From contig JBDRRP010000139.1 in NCBI GenBank assembly GCA_043825735.1, forward strand, positions 1-64,000: 64,000 nt of DNA. Reading direction: 5' to 3'. Position numbers and translations under genes: made by a program. This document shows positions 1 to 10,224 of this stretch, piece by piece (position 1 is the first letter of the stretch; each line of letters begins with the position of its first letter). The notes under the pieces are model-generated. The model was not told where the DNA came from and did no database searches. It saw only the letters and a list, made by a program, of their open reading frames with translations. Source of the stretch: Pseudomonadota bacterium (GTDB lineage Bacteria > Desulfobacterota > Desulfobacteria > Desulfobacterales > JBDRRP01).

Positions 1-2955
1 CCCGACGCCCTGCTGCCGAACCTTGGCGGCCAGTCCGGCCTGAACCTGTCATCCGGGCTGGCAAAATACGGCGTCCTGGAAAAATACGGCGTAAAGGTGA
101 TCGGGGTGAACGTCGATGCCATCGAGCGAGGAGAAGATCGAACCGCCTTTAAGGAGACCATGACGCGGCTTGGGATCGACATGCCCAAAAGCCGGGCGGT
201 AAACAGCGTGGACGATGCGGAAAAAGTCGCCGAGGAACTGGGGTATCCGGTAGTGATTCGTCCGGCCTACACCATGGGAGGAACAGGAGGCGGACTGGTT
301 TACAACATTGAGGAACTTCGAACCATCGCGGCCCGGGGACTTTCGGCAAGCATTGTAAATCAAATCCTGGTAGAGGAATCGGTGCTGGGCTGGGAAGAGC
401 TGGAGCTGGAAGTCGTGCGCGACGCCAAGAACCAGATGATCACCGTCTGTTTCATCGAAAATGTGGACGCCATGGGGGTGCACACCGGCGACAGCTACTG
501 CACGGCCCCCATGCTCACCATCGCCCCGGATTTGCAGGAGCGCCTGCAGCAGTATTCCTACGCCATCGTCGAGGCCATCGAGGTGATCGGCGGCACCAAT
601 GTCCAGTTTGCCCACGATCCCAAGAGCGGGCGTGTGGTCGTTATCGAGATCAATCCCCGCACATCCCGGTCTTCGGCCCTGGCATCCAAGGCCACCGGTT
701 TTCCCATTGCACGGGTTTCGGCACTGCTGGCGGGCGGTCTGACGCTGGATGAAATCCCCTACTGGCGCGACGGTACGCTGGAAAAATACACGCCCTCGGG
801 AGAGTATGTGGTGGTGAAGTTTGCCCGGTGGGCATTTGAGAAATTCAAGGGAGTCAAGGATGAACTGGGCACCCAGATGCGCGCTGTGGGCGAGGTGATG
901 AGTCTGGGGCGCAATTACAAAGAAGCTTTACAGAAGGCCATCCGGAGCCTTGAGATCGGCCGCTACGGTCTCGGGTTTGCCGCCGACCACCATGCGCAGC
1001 CCCTCGAGCTGCTCATGCAGCGCGTTGGGACGCCGAGCAGCGAGCGGCAGTTCCAGATGTACGAAGCGCTCCGCAAAGGGGCCACCGTGGCCGCCCTCAG
1101 CGCGGTCACGCATATCAAGGCGTGGTTTATCGAGCAGATGAAAGAGCTGGTGGCACTGGAAGAGGAAATCCTGGTCTTCAAGGGCGCCGCCTTGCCAGAC
1201 GACCTGCTGGCCCGCGCCAAACGCGACGGTTTTTCCGATCGGTATCTGGCAGAGCTTCTGGGGGGCGAGGAGGCGGCTGTCCGCAACCAGCGCATCCGGA
1301 TGGGGGTGGTGGAGCAATGGGAGCCGGTGCCGGTGAGCGGGGTAAAGGACGCGGCATACTATTACTCCACATACAACGCACCGGATCGGGTGCCGGTGAG
1401 CGACCGGAAAAAAATCATGGTTCTGGGCGGCGGCCCCAACCGCATCGGGCAGGGCATCGAGTTCGATTACTGCTGCGTTCATGCGGCGCTTGCCATTCGC
1501 GCGGCGGGCTACGAATCGATCATGGTCAACTGCAACCCAGAAACCGTGTCGACCGACTACGACACCTCCGACAAGCTTTACTTCGAGCCGTTGACCCTGG
1601 AGGACGTTCTCAGCATCTATGAAAAGGAAAAACCGGAAGGGGTGGTCGTGCAGTTCGGCGGCCAGACTCCGTTGAACATCGCCTCCGAGTTGGCCGCGGC
1701 CGGGGTGCCGATCCTGGGCACTTCGCCCGACACCATCGATCTGGCTGAGGACAGGGACCGCTTTCGCATGATCATGCGGGAGCTGGGCATTCCCCAGCCG
1801 GCCTCGGGCATGGCCAGCAATCTGGAGCAGGCCCGCGCGATTGCAGCCGATATCGGCTATCCGCTGATGGTCCGTCCTTCCTACGTTCTCGGCGGTCGCG
1901 GCATGGAAGTGGTGCCCGATGAAGAGATGCTGGAGCAATACGTCCGGGCGGCCGTGGCGCTGTCCCCCAAGCGGCCCATCCTCATCGACAAGTTTCTCGA
2001 CAACGCCGTGGAAGCCGAAGCGGACGCCATTGCCGACGGCACCGATGCGTTTGTGCCGGCCGTTATGGAACACATCGAGCTCGCCGGCATCCACTCGGGG
2101 GATTCGGCTTGCGTTATCCCGCCGGTGAGCATCGCACCCAAACATATCGAAACCATCAGCGAATACACCCGCAAGATCGCCGTGGCCCTCAACGTGGTGG
2201 GGCTCATGAACGTCCAGTATGCCATTTTTGAAAACACCGTTTATGTTTTGGAAGCCAACCCCAGGGCCTCCAGAACCGTTCCCCTCGTATCCAAGGTGTG
2301 CAATGTCGCCATGGCGACGCTGGCCACCGAGGTGATGCTCGGACGGCGCTTGGCCGACATGGGGTTGACCCACCGCAGGGTGCCCCACTATGGGGTGAAG
2401 GAGGCGGTGTTCCCATTCAATATGTTTCCGGAAGTGGACCCGGTGCTTGGACCTGAAATGCGCTCAACCGGCGAGGTACTCGGCATTTCGGATTCTTACG
2501 GAAGGGCTTTTTTCAAGGCTCAGGAGGCCACCCAGACGGCCCTGCCGTTGGAGGGGACGGTGCTGTTTACGATCGCCGACCGGGACAAGACCGCCGCGCT
2601 CGAGCCGGTGCGGCTTTTCAGGGAACTGGGATTCCAGATTATGACCACTGAGGGCACCCACCGCTTTCTCATGGACCACGGTGTGGAAACCGTCGCCGTG
2701 CGCAAACTTGGTTTCGGGCGGCCCAATCTGGTGGATGCCATCAAAAGCGGCGCAGTGCAGCTGTTGATCAACACCCCCAGTGGCCGCCGCGGCGCAGAGG
2801 ACAATTCAGAGGTGCGAAAGGCAGCCATTAAGTACAAGGTGCCGTATATCACCACAACGGCTGCGGCGATTGCGGCGGCTAAGGGCATCGGCGCCCGAAA
2901 GGAAGGGGCGCCGCGGGTGAAATCGCTTCAAGCGTATCACGAAGGCATTGGATGA
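1..2955 (+). CDS. carB: carbamoyl-phosphate synthase large subunit, 5'-truncated by the window edge
   Basis: Frame 1 is open from nt 1. Two ATP-grasp regions and the C-terminal MGS-like domain are recognisable (GYPVVIRPAYTMGG, EINPRTSRSSA, GYPLMVRPSYVLGGRGM, NVQYAI, FTIADRDK...LGFQIMTTEGT). Confidence 0.95.
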   Translation, partial: PDALLPNLGGQSGLNLSSGLAKYGVLEKYGVKVIGVNVDAIERGEDRTAFKETMTRLGIDMPKSRAVNSVDDAEKVAEELGYPVVIRPAYTMGGTGGGLVYNIEELRTIAARGLSASIVNQILVEESVLGWEELELEVVRDAKNQMITVCFIENVDAMGVHTGDSYCTAPMLTIAPDLQERLQQYSYAIVEAIEVIGGTNVQFAHDPKSGRVVVIEINPRTSRSSALASKATGFPIARVSALLAGGLTLDEIPYWRDGTLEKYTPSGEYVVVKFARWAFEKFKGVKDELGTQMRAVGEVMSLGRNYKEALQKAIRSLEIGRYGLGFAADHHAQPLELLMQRVGTPSSERQFQMYEALRKGATVAALSAVTHIKAWFIEQMKELVALEEEILVFKGAALPDDLLARAKRDGFSDRYLAELLGGEEAAVRNQRIRMGVVEQWEPVPVSGVKDAAYYYSTYNAPDRVPVSDRKKIMVLGGGPNRIGQGIEFDYCCVHAALAIRAAGYESIMVNCNPETVSTDYDTSDKLYFEPLTLEDVLSIYEKEKPEGVVVQFGGQTPLNIASELAAAGVPILGTSPDTIDLAEDRDRFRMIMRELGIPQPASGMASNLEQARAIAADIGYPLMVRPSYVLGGRGMEVVPDEEMLEQYVRAAVALSPKRPILIDKFLDNAVEAEADAIADGTDAFVPAVMEHIELAGIHSGDSACVIPPVSIAPKHIETISEYTRKIAVALNVVGLMNVQYAIFENTVYVLEANPRASRTVPLVSKVCNVAMATLATEVMLGRRLADMGLTHRRVPHYGVKEAVFPFNMFPEVDPVLGPEMRSTGEVLGISDSYGRAFFKAQEATQTALPLEGTVLFTIADRDKTAALEPVRLFRELGFQIMTTEGTHRFLMDHGVETVAVRKLGFGRPNLVDAIKSGAVQLLINTPSGRRGAEDNSEVRKAAIKYKVPYITTTAAAIAAAKGIGARKEGAPRVKSLQAYHEGIG

Positions 2956-2966
2956 TGCCCCACCCG

Positions 2967-2998
2967 CCCTGCGCGCCACGTATGGCAGGCGCGCAGGG
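2967..2998 (+). terminator. GC-rich stem-loop immediately after the carB stop
   Basis: 11-bp perfect inverted repeat ccctgcgcgcc / ggcgcgcaggg with a 10-nt loop. There is no clear U-tract. Confidence 0.4.
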
Positions 2999-3376
2999 GG
3001 GGGCGACGGGTGACGACGCAGTGTGGATGTATATCACCACTTTTTAATCTCCAATATTTGCATTTTTTCCCTGCCGAAATTCAAAGCAGGCTGCAAATTT
3101 TGGGGGACGCATATGTCCGGCCGCAGGCACAGAAATCATAACATAGCATATTCGTTGAATATTCAATCTTTTTGCCGATGCTCGAAAGCTTGGCATAATA
3201 CTTGTATAAATTTGAAAGGTCCTATAGTTGTAATTCCATACCCATAGCGTATTGCTTACAGCTATTTCCTTTCGTGCATCGGAAGCGTTTTCTCCCTCTT
3301 GTCTGTTCGACCTCTCTCGCGATCCGGTGCCCTGAAATATTAGTTCATTTCCGCCTTGATGTGAAAGGATGCGATA

Positions 3377-5305
3377 ATGGATCTTAAGAAAATGGTTGAC
3401 TGTCTATTGCCGCGGTTTGGCCATCGCGGAGATGTTCAGGATCACGGTCAACTCATTCTGGGGGCGCGGCTGGAACACGCTCGGCGTACCGTCACGGTAC
3501 GGCTCACCGGGAAGGCGGGCAGCGTTCCCATGATCGGGCAGATTCTCAGCGATATGGGTTCGGTAAACGAAAACCAGCTGCAGATGGCGCTGGCGCGGCA
3601 GCGCGAGCTGGTGACCCGGTATTGCGAACTGGAAAAGCCGGCGGAGGAGTCGCTGTGGGACTTGATCGGTTCGGTGACCGGTACCCTTGATTTGGAACAG
3701 GTACTCACGCTGGCCATGGAAAACGCGGCCAAGGTGACCGGTGCCCGGGCCAGCACACTATTCCTCCACGATGAAAATACCGGAGAGCTGGTGTTCAGTG
3801 TGCCTACCGGACCGGCTGCAGACAAGCTAAAGGCTGTCCGCCTGCCCCACGGGCAAGGGATTGCCGGCTGGGTCGCCGCTCACAAAACGGCGCTCATTGT
3901 TCCGGATGTGCAAAAGGACTCGCGGTTTTACCACGCCATCGATGAAACCACGGGGTTCGTCACCCGATCGGTGCTGGCGGTGCCGTTGATGCATGGGGGC
4001 GAACTGCTGGGTGTCCTGGAGACGATTAACAAAGAAAAAGGGGCATCTTTTACCGAAGAAGACGCCCTGCTGCTAACCGTTTTTGCCGATCAAGCGGCTA
4101 TTGCGGTCGTCAACGCCCGCGTGCATGCAGCTCTGAAAGCGCAGCTAAAGGAGATACATCATTCCCGGGAGCTACTGGTGGAGGCTGAAAAGCAGCGGGC
4201 GTTGCAAACGCTGGCCACGGGATTGTCGCACGATTTTAAAAACCTGCTAAACGCGGTTATCGGGTTCTCGGAGCTGGTGTCTCTGGATGTCACGGACGAA
4301 GCGATTAAAAAGGATGTCGATCAGATCTCCAACGCCGGTCGGCGCGCCTTGGAACTGGTGGATCAGATTCAGGGGATTGGCGGCCAGCATAAGCGGGAAA
4401 ATGTGAGCGTGGAAGGCAACAGCCTGGTCTCACGCGTGATCAAGCATTTTCGCCGGGCTTTGGCGGAGAACGTTCAGATACGGCTCACGCTGGCAACGGG
4501 TGCTTTCAGGATTTCCTGCGATCCGCTGCTCATGCAATCGGCGCTGGAAAAGGTATTGATCAACGCCATGGAGGCCATCGGAGATGCTCCCGGCCTTATT
4601 AAAATCGATGCCAGTATATTGACCGTATCGACAAAGAACGCGGACAAATATCCGCAGGTCGCACCCGGGCAGTATTACCAGGTCACAGTTGTCGATGACG
4701 GTGAAGGCATTGCGGAAGATGCTCAGCGAATGGTGTTCGAACCCTATTTCACAACGAAAAAGGGGGGAATGGGAAAAGGGTTGGGGCTCTCCACGGCGCG
4801 CGGCATCATTAAGAGTCACGGCGGTGCCATCACTCTGGCGAGCATCCAGGGGGAGGGCACGGCCGTTCAGATACTGCTGCCGGTCAGTGTTGCCGAAGTA
4901 AAATCCCTGGTTCCCAATGTGGACAGGCTGCCTCGGGGCCATGAGCATGTGCTCATTGTTGACGATGAGTCTTTTATTTCCATCACACTGGAAAAAATGC
5001 TGACTTTTCTGGGTTACCAGGTGTCACGGGTGGACCGCTCCCAGAAGGCGCTGGACCGCTATCACGACGAAAAAACGCGCCCGGACCTGGTGATCACTGA
5101 CTGGGCCCTGCCGGATATCCCCGGAGACGCTTTGGCCGAAAAACTGGTTTCGAAATACCCGGGGGCCCGGGTGATTCTCCTCTCGGCGTTCAGCAAGGAT
5201 TTTGATGAGGCGGCGCTGCGTGCGCGCGGCATCAGGGAATCCTTGCCCAAGCCCGTGGACATCCAGATCCTGGCAACGGCACTACGGCGGGTTCTCGACA
5301 GCTGA
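3377..5305 (+). CDS. hybrid sensor histidine kinase: GAF domain, HisKA, HATPase_c and a C-terminal receiver domain
   Basis: GAF-like block (GIAGWVAAH...LAVPLMHGGELLGVLE). H-box LSHDFKNLLNAVIGFSEL. G-boxes DDGEGI and GGMGKGLGLS. REC block VLIVDDE...ITDWALPDI. AAAGGA RBS 7 nt before the ATG, and an AT-rich upstream region at 3000-3370. Confidence 0.85.
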   Translation: MDLKKMVDCLLPRFGHRGDVQDHGQLILGARLEHARRTVTVRLTGKAGSVPMIGQILSDMGSVNENQLQMALARQRELVTRYCELEKPAEESLWDLIGSVTGTLDLEQVLTLAMENAAKVTGARASTLFLHDENTGELVFSVPTGPAADKLKAVRLPHGQGIAGWVAAHKTALIVPDVQKDSRFYHAIDETTGFVTRSVLAVPLMHGGELLGVLETINKEKGASFTEEDALLLTVFADQAAIAVVNARVHAALKAQLKEIHHSRELLVEAEKQRALQTLATGLSHDFKNLLNAVIGFSELVSLDVTDEAIKKDVDQISNAGRRALELVDQIQGIGGQHKRENVSVEGNSLVSRVIKHFRRALAENVQIRLTLATGAFRISCDPLLMQSALEKVLINAMEAIGDAPGLIKIDASILTVSTKNADKYPQVAPGQYYQVTVVDDGEGIAEDAQRMVFEPYFTTKKGGMGKGLGLSTARGIIKSHGGAITLASIQGEGTAVQILLPVSVAEVKSLVPNVDRLPRGHEHVLIVDDESFISITLEKMLTFLGYQVSRVDRSQKALDRYHDEKTRPDLVITDWALPDIPGDALAEKLVSKYPGARVILLSAFSKDFDEAALRARGIRESLPKPVDIQILATALRRVLDS

Positions 5306-5349
5306 CGCGTTGCTGTTCAGCGTTTCTACCCGCCGTGGTGCGCCGGAGA

Positions 5350-5841
5350 TCAGCAGCAGCCAGAGGAGCAGTCGCATCCACTGCCGCACCCGGATGGCGC
5401 CTGGGTCGCCGTGTCGCTGATGCCCACCACTTCAATGTCGAAGGTGAGGCTTTCCCCGGCCAGTGGGTGGTTCATGTCGATGGTGATTTTTTCATCGTCT
5501 ACCTGGGTGATGGTGGCCGGTATCTGATGTCCGTCGGGGGTGGTCATCCCGATGCGCTGGCCCGTCTGAGGGTTCATTTCAGGGGGCACGTCTGCCCGGG
5601 GAAATTCACGGGTCAGACTATCGTCATAAGCGCCATAAGCTTCTTCCGGCGCTAGGGTGATGGTCTTTTTTTCGTTCAGTGACATTCCAGCCACAGCGGC
5701 GTCGAATCCGGGAATCATCTGCCCGGCCCCCACCTTGAATTCCAGTGGACGCCGGCCCCGGCTGCTGTCGAAGACCTCACCGTTTTGGAGGGTTCCCGTG
5801 TAGTCTACCCTGACAAACAGACCGTTTTCAACTGTCTCCAT
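5350..5841 (-). CDS. slyD: FKBP-type peptidyl-prolyl cis-trans isomerase SlyD with a Cys/His-rich metal-binding tail
   Basis: VRVDYTGTL..GEVFDSS, an IF-domain insert, and the C-terminal tail SGCGSGCDCSSGCC. Confidence 0.85.
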   Translation of the reverse strand: METVENGLFVRVDYTGTLQNGEVFDSSRGRRPLEFKVGAGQMIPGFDAAVAGMSLNEKKTITLAPEEAYGAYDDSLTREFPRADVPPEMNPQTGQRIGMTTPDGHQIPATITQVDDEKITIDMNHPLAGESLTFDIEVVGISDTATQAPSGCGSGCDCSSGCC

Positions 5842-5912
5842 GCGACCTCCTCAGTTTGATGTTTGATTTCCGATCACGTTAAGAATCAATCCTGCCAAGT
5901 CAACCACGATGC

Positions 5913-7490
5913 TTGCCTATTGCGTCTGCAGCAGATGCGGCGGAATCGTCTTGCAAACGCAGGGCAATGGGCCTAAATGTGCGCCAGATGAAAATGATCC
6001 AGCCGGAAGCCGGGATGGCATCAGGGTATCGGCCCGATGGGCCACAGGGCGGGAGCGCTTTTGGAGAAGGTGCGGCGATGACGGTCTCGTTTTTTGAAAA
6101 GGAACGGCAACGGGAGCGGATTGCCGAAAATCTGGTCGAATTCGGTGAGCGCGGTGCTGACCTTAACTGGGTGAGCGGTGTCCGGGCGCAGACGGCGGAA
6201 GCCGAGCGGGCGCGCCTGCTGGGGGTCGTGGGTGATGCGGTCACGATGACCCATCGCCAGAGCAAACCGCACCTGGGGCCCTTGTCGCCGGGCTGCCGTA
6301 TTTGTGGTGAGGGGGCGTGGTCCTGCCTGTTTATCAATGGCAGCTGCAACTGCCGGTGCTTCTACTGCCCGACCGCCCAGGACGACATTTCGGTGCCGAC
6401 AACGAACCGGATCCCTTTCGACGAGGCCTCCGATTACGCCGATTATGTCAGGCATTTCGGCTTTACCGGCGCGAGCATCAGCGGCGGGGAGCCGCTGATG
6501 ACCCTTGGGCGGTCCCTCCGCTATATTCGGACCCTGCGTCATCGCCTGGGGCCCGGCCTGCACATCTGGCTATACACCAATGGTACCCTGCTGACGGCCG
6601 AAACCGTATCACGGCTCAAGGACGCCGGCCTGGATGAGATCCGATTCGACATCAGTGCGGCCGCTTACAGCCTGAAGCCGATCGGGCTTGCTGCCGGTCG
6701 AATTCCGGTCGTGACGGTGGAAATTCCGGCCATACCAGAAGACAGCGAATCACTTATAAAACTACTGCCGGCGTTGCGCGATGCCGGTGTCGATCATCTC
6801 AACCTTCATCAATTGCGGATTACACCGCACAACAGCGCCAACCTGGCAGCGCGCCCCTACACATTTCTCCACGGTGAGCGCGTGACCGTGCTGGAATCCG
6901 AACTGACCGCGCTGAAGCTCTTGGCCGCTGCCGCGGTCCAGAACATCGGCCCGCCCATCAATTATTGTTCATTTGTGTACAAGTACCGCTGCCAGCGGGC
7001 AGCGGTGCGGGGCCGCACGGCAGCGCTGATTTGCAAAGGCCATGAAGGAATCACTGAAAACGGGTACATCCGGCAGCTTGCCCTGTGCGGGCCGGCTGAC
7101 CAGATACGCCGTCAGGTAGATCGGCTGGTTACCCACGGCGTCGATCCTGCCCTGTGGTCGGCATCCGGAAAGGTGGATCGCCTCGCGTTTCACGAAACCC
7201 AGTGGCCGATGGTCGAGGATGCCGGCTGCACGGTGACCGTGAGCTATTCTCAGGCCGTTTTGCAGGCGCATGTGTCCTATCGGTGTGCGTTTACGGAGGT
7301 GCGGGTAGGCAGTGGCATGAAGCTTTTCATTGAAAAACAGCCGGTGTGCATGGCCCGCGTGCTCGGTGCCGAGGCCCAGCGATTGCTCAAAGGGTTGATT
7401 CGGGGATGCCCGGAGGAAAGCGGCTGGGCTGAAAACGAGACCATTGCCGGCTACGAGTGTATTTACCCGGGGCTTCAGGATTACTATTAA
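5913..7490 (+). CDS. radical SAM domain protein, activase-like, with an extra upstream Cys pair and a long C-terminal extension
   Basis: CNCRCFYC matches the CxxxCxxC motif. It is preceded by CRICGEGAWSC and followed by SISGGEPLM (SAM-binding GGE). The true start may be an internal Met (for example MTVSFF or MTHRQ). Confidence 0.7.
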   Translation: MPIASAADAAESSCKRRAMGLNVRQMKMIQPEAGMASGYRPDGPQGGSAFGEGAAMTVSFFEKERQRERIAENLVEFGERGADLNWVSGVRAQTAEAERARLLGVVGDAVTMTHRQSKPHLGPLSPGCRICGEGAWSCLFINGSCNCRCFYCPTAQDDISVPTTNRIPFDEASDYADYVRHFGFTGASISGGEPLMTLGRSLRYIRTLRHRLGPGLHIWLYTNGTLLTAETVSRLKDAGLDEIRFDISAAAYSLKPIGLAAGRIPVVTVEIPAIPEDSESLIKLLPALRDAGVDHLNLHQLRITPHNSANLAARPYTFLHGERVTVLESELTALKLLAAAAVQNIGPPINYCSFVYKYRCQRAAVRGRTAALICKGHEGITENGYIRQLALCGPADQIRRQVDRLVTHGVDPALWSASGKVDRLAFHETQWPMVEDAGCTVTVSYSQAVLQAHVSYRCAFTEVRVGSGMKLFIEKQPVCMARVLGAEAQRLLKGLIRGCPEESGWAENETIAGYECIYPGLQDYY

Positions 7491-7567
7491 ACGGCGGCCG
7501 CCGACGAAGGCATGCCAAGGCATGTCTCATCGGTAATCGGCCACCGTTTGTCCCATCATATGGCGTC

Positions 7568-7909
7568 TTAGGCTTTACGCAGAGAAATCCCGGATTTGGT
7601 TTTTCTGATGGCGAAAGCATCGCCTTCCACAAAGCCCATTTCCTCGACAAGGATTTTGGTGATGACCAGACTGCCGCGTTTGTTTACGGTCGCTACTTTG
7701 CTCACGGCTGCCTTTGCCGGCGTCTTTCGACCCTTTTTGATTTCCGGAACGGTGCCGGCTGCCATCAGTGCGTTCGCATAGGCCACTTTCAGCTGCGTGG
7801 GCGTTTTAAGCCCGAGTTTTTCCATGATTGCTTTTTGGGCTACGCCATCTTGAACCATGGCCAAAAGCGCTTTCTCATCAATGCTCTTTTTCTTCGGCAT
7901 GATCATCAA
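7568..7909 (-). CDS. small AbrB/MazE/SpoVT-type (swapped-hairpin) DNA-binding protein
   Basis: C-terminal KRGSLVITKILVEEMGFVEGDAFAIRKTKSGISL resembles the AbrB-N looped-hinge motif. Confidence 0.5.
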   Translation of the reverse strand: MMIMPKKKSIDEKALLAMVQDGVAQKAIMEKLGLKTPTQLKVAYANALMAAGTVPEIKKGRKTPAKAAVSKVATVNKRGSLVITKILVEEMGFVEGDAFAIRKTKSGISLRKA

Positions 7910-8456
7910 CTCCTCTCATAAATCGCGTTATAGGGAAATACATGGTGCGATGTCGTTATTGACAATTTTAATTGCAATTTTCGACTACAGGATCAAATAA
8001 TCCAAACGTGTTATGAGGTCAATTAAAAATTTAACTTTTCGTGTATGGTGCGAAAAAATGATTTTGAAAAATGCTATTTCCTTTTTGATACGGATTGGTT
8101 TCGCTCGAATATTTGCTAAATAAAAATGTGATATGGTATCGATGGCAGATCAAATGAAAGATCGATATTGAGCATGAAAACAGCGAAGGCGTGCATATTT
8201 GAATCCATTGTATGCGTTGTTGGAAATCTGTAGAAAGATGATTTTACAACCGGAATCTTTGTCGGATAAATTGTGAAAATTATGGCAATAAGGGATATGA
8301 CTTTTCTTTTTCAGTGCCAAAACGAGTGCATATTGCGTTGCGATTGACGCCCTCAAATAGCGCCCTGTGTGCCTTGGCCCGCAAGGGGTTTTCAAAAATG
8401 GCGGATGCGGGGCCAACCGGCGCAGCGTCAATAATCAGATTGTGTGCGTTTAAAAA

Positions 8457-9083
8457 GTGTGGTCGGCGATGATGAATATGAAGGAAAAAGAAGAAAGACT
8501 GAAAGGGATATATGCCGCATACGATGCGGTGGCGGCAGCATTCAAGACGGTTGCTGCCTGCTTCAAAGGCTGCGCATTTTGTTGTACCGATGCCGGCAGC
8601 ATCGACATTACAACGCTTGAGGGGGTGGTCATCCAAAACGCTCTTTCGCGCCGGCCTCGCGGCAGACAGACGGGGCTTAAGAAAACGCTGGCGGTTGACA
8701 TGAAACGGCGGCTGGCCGGAAAAACATCGGTCTGCCCGTTTCTTATGAAAAACCGAGTCTGTGAGATATACCCGGTCCGCCCTTTTTCGTGCCGGCGGAT
8801 CTATTCCCTGCACATGTGCACTCACGATGCCCCGCCCGTGGTCAGCCGACAGGCGATGGCTGCTGCTGCTGTGACCATTGGCGAGCTGCAGCGGCTCGAC
8901 GACACGGGCTATTCCGGTCATCTTTCCAGTATTCTTTTCATGCTCGATCAGCCCAGGTTTCTGGCCACTTATCAGTCCGGCGCTTTTCGTCCTGAAGAAA
9001 TCGTTGCGTTCGGAAAAACGCACAGGATTGTCATCAACCGAATGGCCGCCGGCGCACCGCCTCGATCGGAGCCGGCATCATGA
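8457..9083 (+). CDS. YkgJ/UPF0153-like putative Fe-S or zinc-chelating domain protein
   Basis: Cys clusters CFKGCAFCC and CPF...C..IY...PFSC resemble the CxxCxxCC family. Confidence 0.5.
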   Translation: MWSAMMNMKEKEERLKGIYAAYDAVAAAFKTVAACFKGCAFCCTDAGSIDITTLEGVVIQNALSRRPRGRQTGLKKTLAVDMKRRLAGKTSVCPFLMKNRVCEIYPVRPFSCRRIYSLHMCTHDAPPVVSRQAMAAAAVTIGELQRLDDTGYSGHLSSILFMLDQPRFLATYQSGAFRPEEIVAFGKTHRIVINRMAAGAPPRSEPAS

Positions 9084-9310
9084 GCGAGTATACAAGCACC
9101 GTTTTTGCCGGTTCATCATCTCTATGGGCTGTTTCTAAATTAGGATTTTGGTTCAAGGTCAAGGCGGCCGTGAGGTTTCAACCGGAGGATGTGGTGTATT
9201 TGCCTCGGTAACCAGGTGCTACGCACCGGGTTCCAGACGAACAGCACGAGGATTGAAACCGATCGCCCAACGCAGAGATTGGGCCAACAGACAATTTAGA
9301 AAAACAGCCC

Positions 9311-9955
9311 CTAGTAAAAGCTTGTAATTTTTGAGTCCGGCCAGCGGCTTCGATTATCCTGTGGGGGCGGCGACGGGATAGGCAGAATGGGGACATCGCA
9401 AAGCGGGGCGCCCACAAGGTACCTAATTAGGCGCGTGCTCTCGATCCAGCAGTGGACATCCGTTTCAAGATCAATGGTCCAACCTGCCAGACCGAACTGG
9501 TGGCAGATGACACGGCTCCCGGGTTTGAGACGTTTGAGGCGTTCCTGGAGCTTTTCGATGATCTCTGGCATCAGGTAGAGAAACACCACATCGGCTTCGG
9601 AGATATCCACGCTCAGGAGGTTTTTTCGGATCAGCCGAACCGGTGTCCGCCACAAGCGGCACCGAAGCCATGCCAGCGCCAGCAGGGCGCTGGAGAGATC
9701 GATGCCCGTGGCGATGGCCCTGAATTTTTGAACCGCGGGGATAAGGAGGCGTCCATCACCGCAGCCGAGATCATAGACTTTTTCGCCGGGCTGGATGGCC
9801 GCCATGGTCAGCATGGCCCTGACGACAGCGCGGGGGCTGCCGAGATAGAGAACCCCACCGCGGATGAGGCAGATGGTGGAGAAAACCAGGAGCAGTGCGG
9901 CCAAGCTGAAGACGACCGTTATAATGGCGACGAAGAGATCAGGGCCCATGGCCAC
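9311..9955 (-). CDS. class I SAM-dependent methyltransferase with an N-terminal transmembrane segment
   Basis: Motif I VYDLGCGDGRLL and a hydrophobic N-terminus. The C-terminal 40 aa are low-complexity and may be read-through. Confidence 0.6.
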   Translation of the reverse strand: MAMGPDLFVAIITVVFSLAALLLVFSTICLIRGGVLYLGSPRAVVRAMLTMAAIQPGEKVYDLGCGDGRLLIPAVQKFRAIATGIDLSSALLALAWLRCRLWRTPVRLIRKNLLSVDISEADVVFLYLMPEIIEKLQERLKRLKPGSRVICHQFGLAGWTIDLETDVHCWIESTRLIRYLVGAPLCDVPILPIPSPPPQDNRSRWPDSKITSFY

Positions 9956-10224
9956 CTCCGAAAGAAACCAGATATTCCGGTTTACACGCTATAACGCTTT
10001 CGGCGCCGTTGCAGAAATGTGCGGGCAACGGCAGGCGGCGCCTGGCCCAGCAGGACCCGTAGCTATGTTTTTATCGATCCTACCCCGAATCGACAGGCAT
10101 CCACAATCGCAAAGTGTCCGGGGCCCCAAAAAACGTCATCCGCGCGCGGCCAAATATTTTACGATTGTCTATTGGGCCTTTAACCCAAAAGGGTTATGAC
10201 TGGCCTTTCGAAAGGAACGATATC

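Noticed and set aside
928-2388. 486-aa ORF on the minus strand antisense to carB (and several smaller antisense ORFs at 49-615, 963-1295 and 1122-1622)
   Set aside because: Typical high-G+C antisense open frames. The plus strand encodes a perfectly recognisable CarB.
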